NCBI GenBank assembly: GCA_964035545.1
Contig: OZ037769.1
Span: 2,604,001 to 2,668,000 of the forward strand
Direction of reading: 5' to 3'
Origin: Bugula neritina
Taxonomy: Eukaryota > Animalia > Bryozoa
DNA: 64,000 nt
Position numbers and translations under genes: made by a program. Positions 24,620 to 37,996 of this stretch are shown in pieces; within the stretch, counting starts at the first letter, position 1; each line of letters starts with the position of its first letter. The notes under the pieces are model-generated. The model did no database searches. It saw only the letters and a list, made by a program, of their open reading frames with translations, and was not told where the DNA came from.

Positions 24620-25446
24620 TTTCCAAGCGATGATAAATTTTTGGTTCTAGTTATCTAACTCTGACTATGAATGTGATTTGACGTTGGTTAGTCAAGCTAT
24701 TCACTTTTCAACAGCTGTATCTTGTCTAAACTCATTAGCTACTGAAGACACAACAAGTTCACAAAAGTATGTTTTCCAGAAGCAGTTCTCATGCAAGAAG
24801 CCCAAATTCGTCTGAGAAATACAAACCAAACTTTACTGTTGAAATTTGATGTTACTGTTAAAGCAGAATAACAACCTTATCTGTTGAAACTCATTCAATT
24901 TTAAGCACATTTGAACTTTTGTTTTTGCATTTCGCTTTGAGTGCAAGCCAAATGTCTTCACGCTCTTTGATTTGCTTCCTGTCTTTGTCTAGGGGGCTAC
25001 AGACTAGCAGTCAGTATTTCAGTTTTTTATGAAGTTATTGTCTTTGTTTTATGCTTGATGAGTTGAAAGAATGTAGACACTTATATGTTGATTCATAAAA
25101 TTGAACTTGAAATGCACCTATATATTTTTATTAACACAAATGGCATGGCAAGACAATGATTTTATTCATGTTTTTTGCCAGTTTTCTGGTTATTAAATTA
25201 TATCCTATCATCATTATCTTGTTTTCAAATGGCTCCCATGGGTAGATGACTTCAACATTATATAAAACTGGATGCATAGAGAATCATCAGTCCTTGGGGG
25301 GACAATTTCTTCTACTCAGATAATGAATGAATATCCTAAATAAAACTCAATCTCTAAGCTGAGTGGTGCTACTAAAACTTAGCTTTCAGTTCTCCAGCTC
25401 AAGAGAAGTTGAAGGATTTATTCATATGTAGCATAGGAGCATATAC

Positions 25447-25520
25447 GACTGGATGCTCTTCCTAGCATCATCAATGGCCTTTACTGGGTATCGAACCCAT
25501 GACTTCGTGTTTACTAAGCC
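25447..25520 (-). mobile_element. tRNA-derived SINE-like fragment
   Basis: Minus strand reads ggcttagtaaacacgaagtcatgGGTTCGAtacccagta (B-box) followed by a ..aggaagagcatccagtc body; no full cloverleaf. Confidence 0.45.
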
Positions 25521-28500
25521 ATGAATATACAAATCCAAAGATATTCAAGATGATGAAATACAGCTTCTAGATCAATAATAAAACACGCACATGCATTTAA
25601 AGCCCCTATAAAGTATTTCTGTTATGTGAGCTAGTTATATTTTTTATGACTTACAGAGATCATAGATGGTAAGATGTTTGGAGCAGAGGCTGACATGGCA
25701 ATGAGTCAAACAGGATGTGAATAACAGGATACGCTGACTAATGTAAACAGAGATCTCTCATAATCAATGCCACTAACTGCTAATGGTGTAGTGTAGCCGT
25801 AGTGGTTGCACTTTGTTTTCTAGTAAATATGAATACATGTAGTGTTTTTTGCGCTTACATTTGCTCAACAGTTAACTGGTTACATTTTCAAAAATGAGTT
25901 TACAATTGATATTAAAACGTAATTTTTTAGTCAATAGTCCTTTAATCTGTTTTCACAAAAAAAGTAAACAGTGAACAAAATAAATTTTTATTTCCATGAA
26001 TTTTACCAAAACTTTCTACTTTCAAGTTGATTGGTTAGATCACAGTTTAGAATATGTTCTGTTGATGTTGTATGCATAAAGACTGTTTTATTGTTTTGGC
26101 AAATAATTTTATATTAAAAAGCTGTTGTCCGTCACACGTGTTCTACTATTATATTGTGTAGATAACTCCGAAGCTAGTATTGCAGGTCTTTGTATATTTA
26201 TCAATCATGTCACATCTATCACTTTTGATACCAATTCTCTCGGGATATATGTTAGTATTTATTGTGCAATAACTGGTCAAATTTAGCTCAAAATCAATTT
26301 TAAATAAGAGAATTTTAGTTATAATGTTGTATAACATAAGGAGTCCCGGTTTTTCTGGAAGTAAATTTTTGTGCTTCGACTGTCTTTGCTCATTTTTTAT
26401 TTTTGCACACTAATGTGCAAAGACACTAGCAAGAAGTGTTTTCAATTAAGGTAAATAACTCAGAAATACCTATGCATTGAAAATTCATAATCTTTATTCT
26501 ACGGCTCTACTTTTTTGGTAAAGTTAGATTATACTTGCAAACTTGATAGTTCTATATCCTAATTTATACTGCATGTCATTGTTCTACATTTTGCAACCCA
26601 ACGTTCTTGTATTACTAATATACTTGGTATACAATGCCCTCATTTGCTATCAGTAGTCACGTTCTCATATAAGCTATTTTTATTCCATTGTGTTTCTTTT
26701 TATCTATGATCTTTTGATTCATTTTTTATATTTTATTGTTGCGCCAACTCTGGATGTTTTGTATTTTACTGCCACTGTCTGCTACTGCCACTACCTCTCA
26801 AACTTTCAGATCTCCTAAACTCTCTGAATGTCCTTTCCTCTGTTTTACCATAGTAGGGGTCTGCACTGTTGAGATAAATAACCGTTTCCATTTCTCTCTG
26901 ATCACTGGGCGTCACTACGATCCTTTTCAACTTCAGTGCTCATGATTTCTCCAGACGCATATTGGCTTGTACTAACTTTACCAAGGTTTCCAAGAAATGT
27001 TGTAACTCTGTTTGGAGTTACAGATTTCAAACTGCTTAAAACTCCTGTCATTGATCCAATCTTTTCAGGGCTCTTTGTCCTGCTGACCCAATCCACTATG
27101 TGACAGCTTGATAATATTTTGTTTTGTTTGTTTTTGGATTCAGCCATTTCAACATGGTGTTTTTATTTGCATTTGAATAAAGAATCCTTAAAATAAAAAA
27201 AAATGCTTCAGTTCATTTGTTGTAATATATTCAAATTGTTCAAAATCAAGGAAAATTAATCAAGTTTTAAAAATTAGGTTACATAGTTGCTGGTGCAACT
27301 TCTACAACTCAATGTAGAACACAGGATGTGTGGCTAGTTATGGTGGTGGTTGTTTACTTTTCAGGACAATGGTCAATTCTGCAGCACCATAACTGGTCAC
27401 TAGATTAGCTGTTGCCCGGTGATACACAACTACAGCAACCAAAATAGCATCTAGCATACAAATATGCAATATTTATGAGAGGAAATGACTTCAGCAGTTG
27501 TTATACCTACGTGTAGAGTTTGCGTTTAACTTTGTAGTATCAAAAGTAAAAAAGCTAGCAGTGGTAGTAGTAATAATAGTAGCTATAGTATTAGTAGCAG
27601 CAGTATTAGTACTAGTAGCTATAGTATTAGTAGCAGCAGTAGTATAGTGGTAGTTGTAAGAATAACTATAGTACTTTTGCCATTTCTCAATAAAGCAACA
27701 TATAACAATAGTTAAGAGATGCAAGTGTCCCAATAGCTAAAGAAACATGAAACATGCATCACCCATTACTTGCAGTTCAGACAGTAATATCAATGTTGGA
27801 GATGAAAGTAACCAGTGGTTTCAATTTATGATTTAAAGAGGTTGGTTCTATCATGTACGTAATTGCAATTTTTGAATTAGTAATACACTTATTTTTAAAA
27901 TTTATTATCACACAAAGTCACTATGTAGAACTTCAGAAAATTTTGATAATACCAGCGCTTTTGCTCAAAACAATGAATCATAAAATCACATGTTGGAAAC
28001 TTTACTACAGCATATACCACAAGTTGAGTGATCATATTTATTTTTCAAGAAAGAAAACACTTACAAAATGCAAATAATGTGGATTAATAACCAGTTGAGA
28101 AAAGTTTTAGTTTATATTTTGTGGCTGTTACAAAATAACTAAGTGGTTATTTTGATTGATACTTTTGTAAATCATTGGTGGGTGAAACTTTGCAAATTAA
28201 TGCTGCAATTTGTTTTGTAAGCTGCGCCATGCTTTTAGTTTAATATAAAATGTATCTCTATGCTATTTGCATGTTGGATATTAGGCATTATAGGCAGGTT
28301 CTAAAGCTCAAAATAATATATCCATAAACTATTTATTTATACTTGAATACTTATACAGTACTTACCGCACGTATTATAAATATGTTCTGGCGACTTGCCA
28401 ACAACAAGCCTGCTCTCTACACATTCTACCAAGTACTGTTAGTCAACTAGGCTACTGCTGTAATGCTAGTTCACAAAGTATACTTGGTGAGCATTACCAT

Positions 28501-29984
28501 TATATTACTACTATAGTTTACTTGTTGGGCTTAACTTTCCATGTTTCTCATACATATTTAAGTATTGGTTTAGATTAGCTGCATACATAACTATAAGTGA
28601 AACCTTACTTTCATTCGTTTCTATTACTCTGCAACCAGTTTTTTCTCAAATAGTTGTTCTTAATATTTATCAAAATATAACTAGATGAAGTTAGGAGGAG
28701 TATCTCAGTAATGCAGTATATTTTCTCAAATTTTAAATGTTGTAGCTACTTCTAGAAGATTATGTTTATTATGTCTTTATATTTGAAATCTTTTACCTCA
28801 TTTTTACCATCCGTTTTCATAAAAATGCATAATGGTTACTTTCAGCTTCACTAGATATTACCTGAAATATTTTTCAAAGCCATCAAGCACCAACCCTTGT
28901 TTGAATTCATCTTCTGATTAAATATCCCTTTTAGCAAGATGTAAAACCGTTGTTTTGGCTAATATAATGCTAGTTTTCTAGAAACTTTTAAAAGTTTATA
29001 GTTATAAAATATCTCCAAACTGCATGGAATTCCACAATGAAAATTATGAACACAAACAAAACCCAGCCCAAAAAGATAAATTGTGCATTAGATACTTTGC
29101 CATGCAGATGACTCATACGGAGCTATTTGTGGAAAGGTAAATTTATGCTGCCAGTTCCGTTATTCCTGTGCTCTACAATACAGCAAGTGCTACTTTTTAT
29201 AATTTGCGTTTCCCAATATACATTTTAACACAGCTGAAGGCAATAATTCTCTAAAATCCCAATACTGATTTATTCAATAGAAGCTCACTTGTGCTCTCAA
29301 ATCATCTCAAGCCCCTAACCACTCAGTCCAACTTTGCAAATTAGTCATTTTACTCAAATGTGTTTCCTTGCTAGAAAAAGTTGGTAGCTACATATTCAAT
29401 AAAATTGTCAGTGAGCCATTGCTAGTCTTAGAGTGACAATGTTAGGATACAACAAACAGTCCCTAGAAAACTTGGAATTAATCAGTAAAAACAGGCTCAT
29501 CCATTTTTTCTAAATACAGTGACTGTCAGAATATCATGTGTAGCTTGTATGGATTCTATATAATATAAGCTGAAACCTCTCCAATACAATGATAGTGGAA
29601 ATACAGTAGTGCCAAGGGTGGAACCAGCTGCCTAGGGTTGTTACTAGAGTAAGACTTTGTGTTATACATAGTAATACAGTAATACATAGCATAGCATTGT
29701 ACAATAGGATATAGCATAGTATAGCATTGCACAGTATTACGTGACGTGGCATTAAGCATAGCATGCTGGTAATTCAACACGAAACAATTAAGCTTTCTAT
29801 GGGGTTATGGCTTGCAGTAGCCTTGTATAATTTATAACAATGATTAACGATGCATTGTCACAACACTGTGGTCACGGTGTTGTGACAATGTGGTCACAGT
29901 GTCTGAACAAGTGAGGGGTGCATGTGACCATCAACTTACTCAAAGTTTGCAATTGCTTAAAAACTAAGTCTACATGACTTGACT

Positions 29985-30089
29985 GTTTGACTTGACTATA
30001 ATACTTGACTATACTTGACTATGATACTTGACTATACTTGACTATGATACTTGACTATACTTGATTATACTTGACTATACTTGACTATA
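29985..30089. repeat. 10/13-bp minisatellite (cttgactata / cttgactatgata)
   Basis: Directly visible tandem units. Confidence 0.92.
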
Positions 30090-30643
30090 GGTGACACAAA
30101 GTGACAACTTTTTAATATTGCTACAAATCTATTATTATATTATTATTACTATATATATATTATATATATATATAATATTATCCATGAAAAATAAACAATG
30201 CAAATAAAAGAAAAAAAAATATATATATATAACAGTATGCAAATGAAAACTAACATAAATAAAAAAATTTTAGTACTGCATCAGTGAAGTGCGTCAGGGA
30301 TTCTTTAATCATGTTGCATATATTGATTTTGTTAGTTACGTAGGTGTATATATATTTCCATTAGGGGATGGTGTACTTCTATTACGTATTGGAAACTAAT
30401 TAGCTTGCGTAATACATACATAATATAGATTGGTATATATAGACACACCATGACGTACAAGTTTGAATACATCACTGTGAAATACTTAAAACACAATTTG
30501 TTTGCATACCAGTATATCTTTATACTATATTAAATTTATTATTGGGAAATAATGAAGTTTTCTTGTGAATTAGCTTTATTTAATATAGTATAGTGTGGAA
30601 GGTTAAGTTTCAACATAACAGGCTAAATGCAGGTATTTATAAG

Positions 30644-31551
30644 TAGGGGTAGGGGGGGGGGGGCACAACAGCCATAGGGGTACAAAAAGCCGTTCAAATT
30701 GTGAGAGAACTTATTTACTTAGAGTTGTGAATTTTTTTATTCAGCCATTGTTATAGTTTCAACACTTGCAGAGCATACATGTTAAAGTGGCGAGTCAAAA
30801 ACTGTTTTTACCTACTTTTTGTAAAGTTTTTAAGACGTCATTAAAGCTTTATAACTTTTTACACTCAAATGTAACAAGCCTAGTTTTTACTGATATTGTT
30901 GCCATTGCTTGTCTCTACATTGCTTAACTAGTATAATAGCAAACTCTAAAATAAATTTTCCTTGAGCCACATTCATTTTCAACTTGACCACACGGGACAG
31001 TTGGCCACTTACCTGACCATTGCATCCTGATCACTGTTATTAGTTTGTTTGCTCAAAAAGTTAGTTGAAATGTTAATAAAATCTATAGATATAGCCATTT
31101 CTGACCTTTTTGTAAAATATCAAAGACATCATGGTAAGACTACCAAACTACAAGGTTAAGCTGCCTTAATAATTACATCTGGTGAGGTTATAGCTTTGTG
31201 ATTTTATACAATATACAAAATACTCTGCTGTTGCTACTAATGGATAGTTAGGATATTCATAATGCAAATAACCATATTATTAATTGTCTTCTCTCTGTAC
31301 AAATGCTTTATTTCATTACCTACAATACTTTTTCTCGTTCTTTCTCTTCTTCTACATACGTAACATATAACAGTCTTGTCAAATACAACTCTACTTATTT
31401 TATCCTAATATTTAACACAAATAGGATGGCATCAGTCTCCAACTCAACGCTGGTGTAGCACTTAGACTAGAGATTATTGAACTAGTAACTTAAAAAACAG
31501 ACAAATGAGAGCAAAAAATTTAAATTTTGGCCCATTGTGCCCCCCTCCCTA
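30644..31551. mobile_element. Probable non-autonomous TA-flanked DNA transposon (about 0.9 kb)
   Basis: taggggtag(g)n-cacaacagcca at the left versus tggcccattgtgcccccctcccta at the right; imperfect TIRs. Confidence 0.45.
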
Positions 31552-32230
31552 TTATAAGTATAACGCAAGTAACTTTATAGTATTTTACAAAGCACAGTTG
31601 CCCTTTCCAAACCATATACATATGTTACTGCATCTAGCCATTTTACTTGTCATTTGCATGCGTCTGTATTATTATTGTATGTCAAGAAAATGTATAAGTC
31701 TTCCTTTTGAATTGGCAGTCAAATAAACAGAAGTCCCATCAGTTACTTTTTTGCCTAACTGGAACTTTCATTTTAGGATATAATGGGTTTCCTTTTGTTC
31801 ATCGCACGGCTATGTGTTTGGCTACTGCAGTAATTGTATGATAGTTGTGATTTTTTTAATCCACCTGTACTTACTCTGCTGAAAATACATATTTTTAAAA
31901 TTTAATACAAACATATATAACATAGTAATATTATATAAGAAATCCTATTCATATTGTTTGTGTATATTACAGTATTTTTAAAAATTTTGATAATTATGGA
32001 AAAGATACAATATTCTGCTCTATATAGTTCATAATTTATCAGTTAATACTACATTATATTTCAGTTTTATTTTGAAACCTTAACATTTTGTTCAAATTAT
32101 AATACATGTTTACACTAGTATAATTATTATTTTCCTAAAGAGTTATCCTACACCGTTTAGACAGGATTATAAATTTAGCAGACGTTGAGAATATTTTTCT
32201 ACCGGTGGTTGAAAGGAGTCATGCGTGCTG

Positions 32231-32380
32231 TTGTTCTAAAAGCAGCACCGAGTTGAGATTGACTGAGTGCAGTAGTTTGTAGTTCTCGAGTTTGGAGTCT
32301 CAATAAACCCCAACTCCAAACTTTAGAATCCTAAACTACTGCACTCATTCACCCCGACTTGGGGCTGTTTATAAAACAAT
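32231..32380. mobile_element. Imperfect palindromic MITE-like element
   Basis: gagtgcagtagttt..gagtttggagt / actccaaact..aaactactgcactc, with outer ttgttctaaaagcagc / gctgtttataaaacaa. Confidence 0.6.
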
Positions 32381-33354
32381 TCGTGACCAGCAGCTGCATT
32401 GGAATAATTGATAATATTTTAGAATATAATAATATTATATAGAATATAAAACCTTAACATGCTATTGCATTTATGATTGGGCATTGCGCAAAGTCTAATT
32501 ACTCAAACCCTGAATGTAATTTTAAATAGTAATAGTAATGCTAAGTCTGATGCACAAATTGAAATTGAAATACTATCACCTTGAAACTTCAAATTCAACT
32601 ATCGCTATGACCATCAGTATCAGTGTGACTATGACTATAAGTATTATAGTGATATTAAACTCATAAGTCGTAGTTAATAAGTTATAGTTTAAGTTGTATT
32701 AGATATAATATGTGATGTTAATTTTTATACTTATTATATTTATACCGGCCTAATACTAATACTAATAGTAATAGTAGCCTAAAAGTAAAAGTAATTTTAT
32801 AAGTTATATAACTATTGCAATTCTGTTAAATTTGATGATCTGCTTAAAGTTATAATTGTTAATTTTAATTGGTTTTCCCCTCACATTTATCATTATAAAT
32901 CAGGTGCATTGCTCTGTCATTGGATGATAATCATCATCACCATTTAAAGTCAATATTATTAGTATTATAATTGATTAATTCTTAGCTCTAAGATTGGCCT
33001 TAGGCCTATCTTAGTCCAATTTTTTGCATAATAATCGTTTTTTAATAATATAATATTTTTATTTAAATTAATATTGTAAACATTGTGCACATAGTATCAA
33101 GTAAATATATTTATTTTATTTTCAGTTTCTTTTACTTTACAAATATTGAAATAATTTGTATTTATTGTATTTGCTATACAATGGGCATTGTACTATCCTG
33201 CTTTGTGATTGGTTCAAATTCGCAAAGCTCATACAACGTGGTATTATTTGATAGGCTAACTAACTGTGTCTTTTCTTGGAAAAAAAACTCAGACACTAAA
33301 TCATAATTTTGATTGAACAGTCTTTAAGATAGTGTGTGTGCATGCAGGAATTCT

Positions 33355-36300
33355 ATGTCAGATGACACCAGCTCTACCAGCCAGTCACACAATGTAGGAG
33401 ATGAGTCAACTGCTGCCAATATTGAAGGCAGCGGACGGGTTTCTCGTGAAGCTCGTAGACTTCAAGTACAAGGCAATGTTGACGCTCGTGAGAACTTAGA
33501 AATATTACAAGAAATCCTCCCTGAGCACTATCTACAAAGTCACAGTGGTGGTTGGTCTGGTGACAGTGGTGGTGTTAGTTACTACTATCACTCAGAGCCT
33601 GGCACAAGCTCCAACCAACCATCTGGATCTCAGTTAGGTCAAGTGAAACAGGAGGAAAGTGAAGGTGACGCTGAGCATCCTACGACGCTGTTACTGCAGT
33701 CTTCAGATAGTTCAGCTGATGGCTTCCAGTCTGATGGTAATAAATAAACTATTGCTATTTCCAATATAGTTATATAAGTATTAGGTATGACTTAGTATCT
33801 GTATTATTTAGTATTACTATTAGTATTACTATTAGCATTAGGGAGAGATCTAACAGTAACTATAAGTATAATATTAATAATAAGGATTTAGGTGCAGTAG
33901 TTGGAAAAATTTAATAGCCATGTTCTTTCATTTTCTTGATAATTTTGTTTTGGCAGGAGGGAGGGTAGAATTTCTCTGGAAAATATAACTCTTTTTGCTA
34001 TATTTCTAATCTAGAACAAAGGCTTTTCTCTAATCCTGCCCCTACCTCTCCAAATAAGTTATCTGTCCTTTGAACCTGGTTTATTGTGTTTTCATTAAGT
34101 TGGGAGAAAAAAGTAGTTTGCTCTAAAGTCTGAAGATTGCCATCACAAGGAGGAATAACATCTAATTTGTATTGTGGTTAACCATTAACCAAACTCGTGT
34201 CTTGAGTTACCTTTTCAACAATGTTTACCTGCAGTCTCTTATCTTCATTGTGGTCTCCTTATGTTTGAATTTTTTATCTATCGGCTAGACTGGTGGTCAA
34301 CATAATAAAAATTAAGCAAAATAGGGGTGTCAGACTTATGTCCAAACCAGAATGCCAACTTAGAAGTTATAGACTTGGGCTAAACAAGGGTCTGCATCTC
34401 TTGACTCAGCAAACAGTTGGGGCCCCTGGATAAACTGGGTTTTTGTGATTTTTGTTGATACTTGTATAACTTTAGAGCTGCTTAGTTGCTGGTGCATATA
34501 GTATATTGTCTTAGGACTTAGAGTTTCATTCATTACCAGCTTTCATCATATCTTGGTTTAGAAATCTTTGCTTCAACAATGCCATGTTGATGGTATTTTC
34601 TGATAATGTGTTGTTTCATCTGAAATATCTTAGTGTAGTATATCTTAAATCTACTACTGTGAAAACCAAGCAAGATATTAGTGTAAGCTGTCAAGATACA
34701 TCTTAAGGGTGGGGTTGCCATTTGAATTAGTAATTACTTTGACAAATGATCCTTGATTAAGACACTTGAGACCTTAGGGGGAGACGGATGTATTAAACTG
34801 TCTATAGCTCATATACTACTTGTCTATATCTATTACTTGTCTATGTATACTACTTGTCTATGCATACTACATGTTTTCTATAAAAGATGATAACAAATCT
34901 TCTATAAAATATTGCAGAGGACAACCAACCCCTTATTCCTTCCACAGTAGAAATAGACGAGTCCAACAAACCTTTGAATTATAAAGAAAATACTGCCGAA
35001 GCGTTCAACTCTTTTTGGAAGTACAAGAAGTTTCCGAAAGGACCAAAAGTAAAGCAGAATTTTGAGTTGAAAGTAGTGACTCCTCAAGATCCGCACCAAC
35101 AGATAGTCTTCACGGATCCTGTGTTTGATAAATCTCAAGAAAATACAGTGAGGCACTTTGGCAAGGCTAGAATAGGAGAAGGAAATGACATCACACCAAA
35201 CCCCGAGAAGCTGTCGCAACTCGGTAAGCAGATGGAGAGCATCGGCCAGAGAATGTCGTCTCTGGGAGATTCTACGCAAGACAGGAAGGAGAAAATGAAA
35301 CTTTCTTCCCGGTTAGTTATCCCGTTGTGTGTGTGGAGTTATCCCAGTGTGTGTGGAGTTATCCCAGTGTGTGTGTGGAGTTATCCCGTTGTGTGTGGAG
35401 TTATCCCGTTGTGTGTGGAGTTATCCCAGTGTGTGTGGAGTTATCCCGGTATGTGGAAGTAGGTGCAGTAATGGAAAAATTGAAAAAAGCCTGTATGTTA
35501 GGTTAAAAATATGACGAAAGCAGTTACGTTCTCATGAAAATTTCTACCTGTGCTCCAAACCAAAATTTAACTAAAAATTTAAAGAATTTAGGCTATCTCA
35601 ATTTCTCCACTAAAGCTCCGAAATGTGTGCCTGCACTCCTAAATGTGTGCCTGCGAATGTTCTCAGTCTATTCCCATCAACATGCAGTTGTAAAGAAATT
35701 TTGATAGTCCAAGCTCTTAAGTTTTCATAAAACAATCTGGTTTGGGGGGAAACATGACACCCAGTATAAATAAAAATTCTCATATGTTTTTGTAGTCTTC
35801 ATAATACCCATCAGTTGCCGGAAAAGCTTAGGTCTGCTGTTTTTATCAAGCTACACTGATTTGTATATCAGTTCTATATATAATCAGAGATATATAACAT
35901 AATGTGGAAGTGCAGACATGCTGAAGATCCTGCCCTGTTCAAGTCATAACAAGTTAATGTACATTAGATTTATTTACCATCAACCATAATGGGAAATTCA
36001 TATCACCTGTTGTCAGTTGTCTACCAGCCATTCAGCTGTCAGTCACCACTAGAAAATATCCCAGGGTTCCTATGTGGCATCTCTGTTCCCATATTCCCTG
36101 GTCCAAAGTCTGAAACTACCTGCTATGTTCAGCTCTTTGCTGGGAAAGACATGAAAATAGGCACTCTCTGGCATGTTTATATTTCCAACATCTGTCTCTA
36201 TGAGTTATAAACACACCGATTTTTAGCATTGTGAAGTAAATGCATTTCTGAGCAATGGTTGAAATGGTTGCGGTGGTTTTATTCGATTGACACTGTCCCA

Positions 36301-37996
36301 TGCAGGGAATAAAAAATCATACTGTATAAAACCTTTCTCACTGTGTTTGTGTATTATTTGCTACAATACTACAAGTTTCTGTTGCAGTATCTGCAGAATC
36401 AAAAGAAGTGCTAATCATGAAGCTAATAAGATAAAGTTTGCTGGGTTGGAAAAGGAAAGGGGTGTGTATAGTTTATAGTATATTATATGTACTTTATAGA
36501 GTGTAGATAACGGTATATAGGGTATGATTGGAGTGTATAGTATGTTAGTATCTAGTTGATACTTGTAGTGCACAATAGGTAAATACTACAGAGTACAGTA
36601 TATCAGATCTGCCTGGCCCAGTACATTATCTTAAAACAAGCACATTTCTGCTTATTACTTTATGTCTCTTGGGTGGGTATGATGGAGGTGCTGCAAATTC
36701 GTTGACAACCAAACCTGCACCTAACTGCCACCCTTCCTGGAGATTTGGGATGGAGCTTTATGTTTAAAATTAGATGTAACTGTCTGAAATGGGAAGTCAT
36801 TAGTCTGGAAATGCTATTATCTACTGTAGTTAGTAGTCAGGTTGTTTTAACAGACTGCTATGTAATGGTAGTGTTATGTAATAATCCGGCACTCTGTTAT
36901 AACAGATGCAGTCTCTGCTTTATATCTATTATGTAATATGTTACATAACTTAACAATAGTCTATAGTATTACATTTATTTGAAGATTTTTAAAGATTCTA
37001 TCTATGCAATGAGAATAATGCTCAAGTGTTTGGAGTTTGTGTAGTTGGCAACTTGTTGGCGTCTTTCTGTAATTATTTCTTTAACCAGAATCAACTGCTT
37101 TATTTTAGTTTAACATTTTACAGAGTTGAATTATTGCCGCTTCATAAAGGAAAAGCTTGCATACAATTTTAATTCCAAGAGAGCATCTATTGTTTCCAGT
37201 GCAACCAAAATTGTTAGCCAAATGCACCTGGCCCCCCTAGTAACCACTTGTATGCCAACCACACTGGTTTTCCGTAATCTAGCATCTCCCCTCATGTGCA
37301 TTTCCTTTACAAAGACTAGTGCAAGATGCTTGTACCTTGTACCTTGTAATTAGCATTTTTCAACTTTAACTAATAAAATTACAAAGAAAATAGATGCAGG
37401 CTACCATGATAAATTGTCAATTTACATTGACAGCTGCTTTTTAGCATTGGATCATGAATTTTATAAGCACATGTTGCAAGTTAACGTAGTATCAACAGTT
37501 AAAACACAATACAAAACACACAGGATTATCACGTATTGAGAAGTCATAATATTAAAATGCCAGTACCCATACCTGTGTAAATGTAATTCAAACCAATTAT
37601 GATAGAAAACATTAACATAGAAAAATAAAATATAATAAAGCTTTAAATAAATTTATATCCTAAAATTATTAATAGTACAAAAAATTCATGCAATTTCTTA
37701 GAATTTCATATTGCTCCTGTCGGTTAGATTGCAGTAAAGCTCTAAAATCCTAAATTATATCTCTAACTTCATGTTGGTTGCTAATGAAACAGAGTTTGGT
37801 TGTAGAAGAGTTGTCCAAAGCCATCACAAAGCTGAGAGATGCTTTATCTCACCGTAAACCATTTGCTCGAGAGTTGGCCCAGGAGATATACCAGACGAAG
37901 GTTGCAGGTAGAACGAGTGAGTATGTAAACACTGTACTGGAGGAGAACAAGCTACTGCAACAGGCCAGACTAGATGACTTTGATTCCTCAGACTAA
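33355..37996 (+). CDS. CREBRF: CREBRF/REPTOR-like bZIP protein, paralogue 2 (about 346 aa)
   Basis: Exons 33355-33736, 34918-35311, 36388-36461, 37806-37996; same intron phases and 74-nt bZIP exon as paralogue 1; [80 protein letters not shown]. Confidence 0.9.
35316..35458 (+). repeat. 20-22-bp minisatellite starting at a splice donor
   Basis: gttatcccagtgtgtgtgga, about 7 copies, immediately after the donor at 35311. Confidence 0.92.

Noticed and set aside
25790-25812. tRNA-like start gtgtagccgtagtggtt
   Set aside because: A-box-like only; no B-box or cloverleaf follows.
27398-27425. Helitron-terminus-like fragments (also ~40612 and ~57868)
   Set aside because: Too short and degenerate; matching ends cannot be paired.
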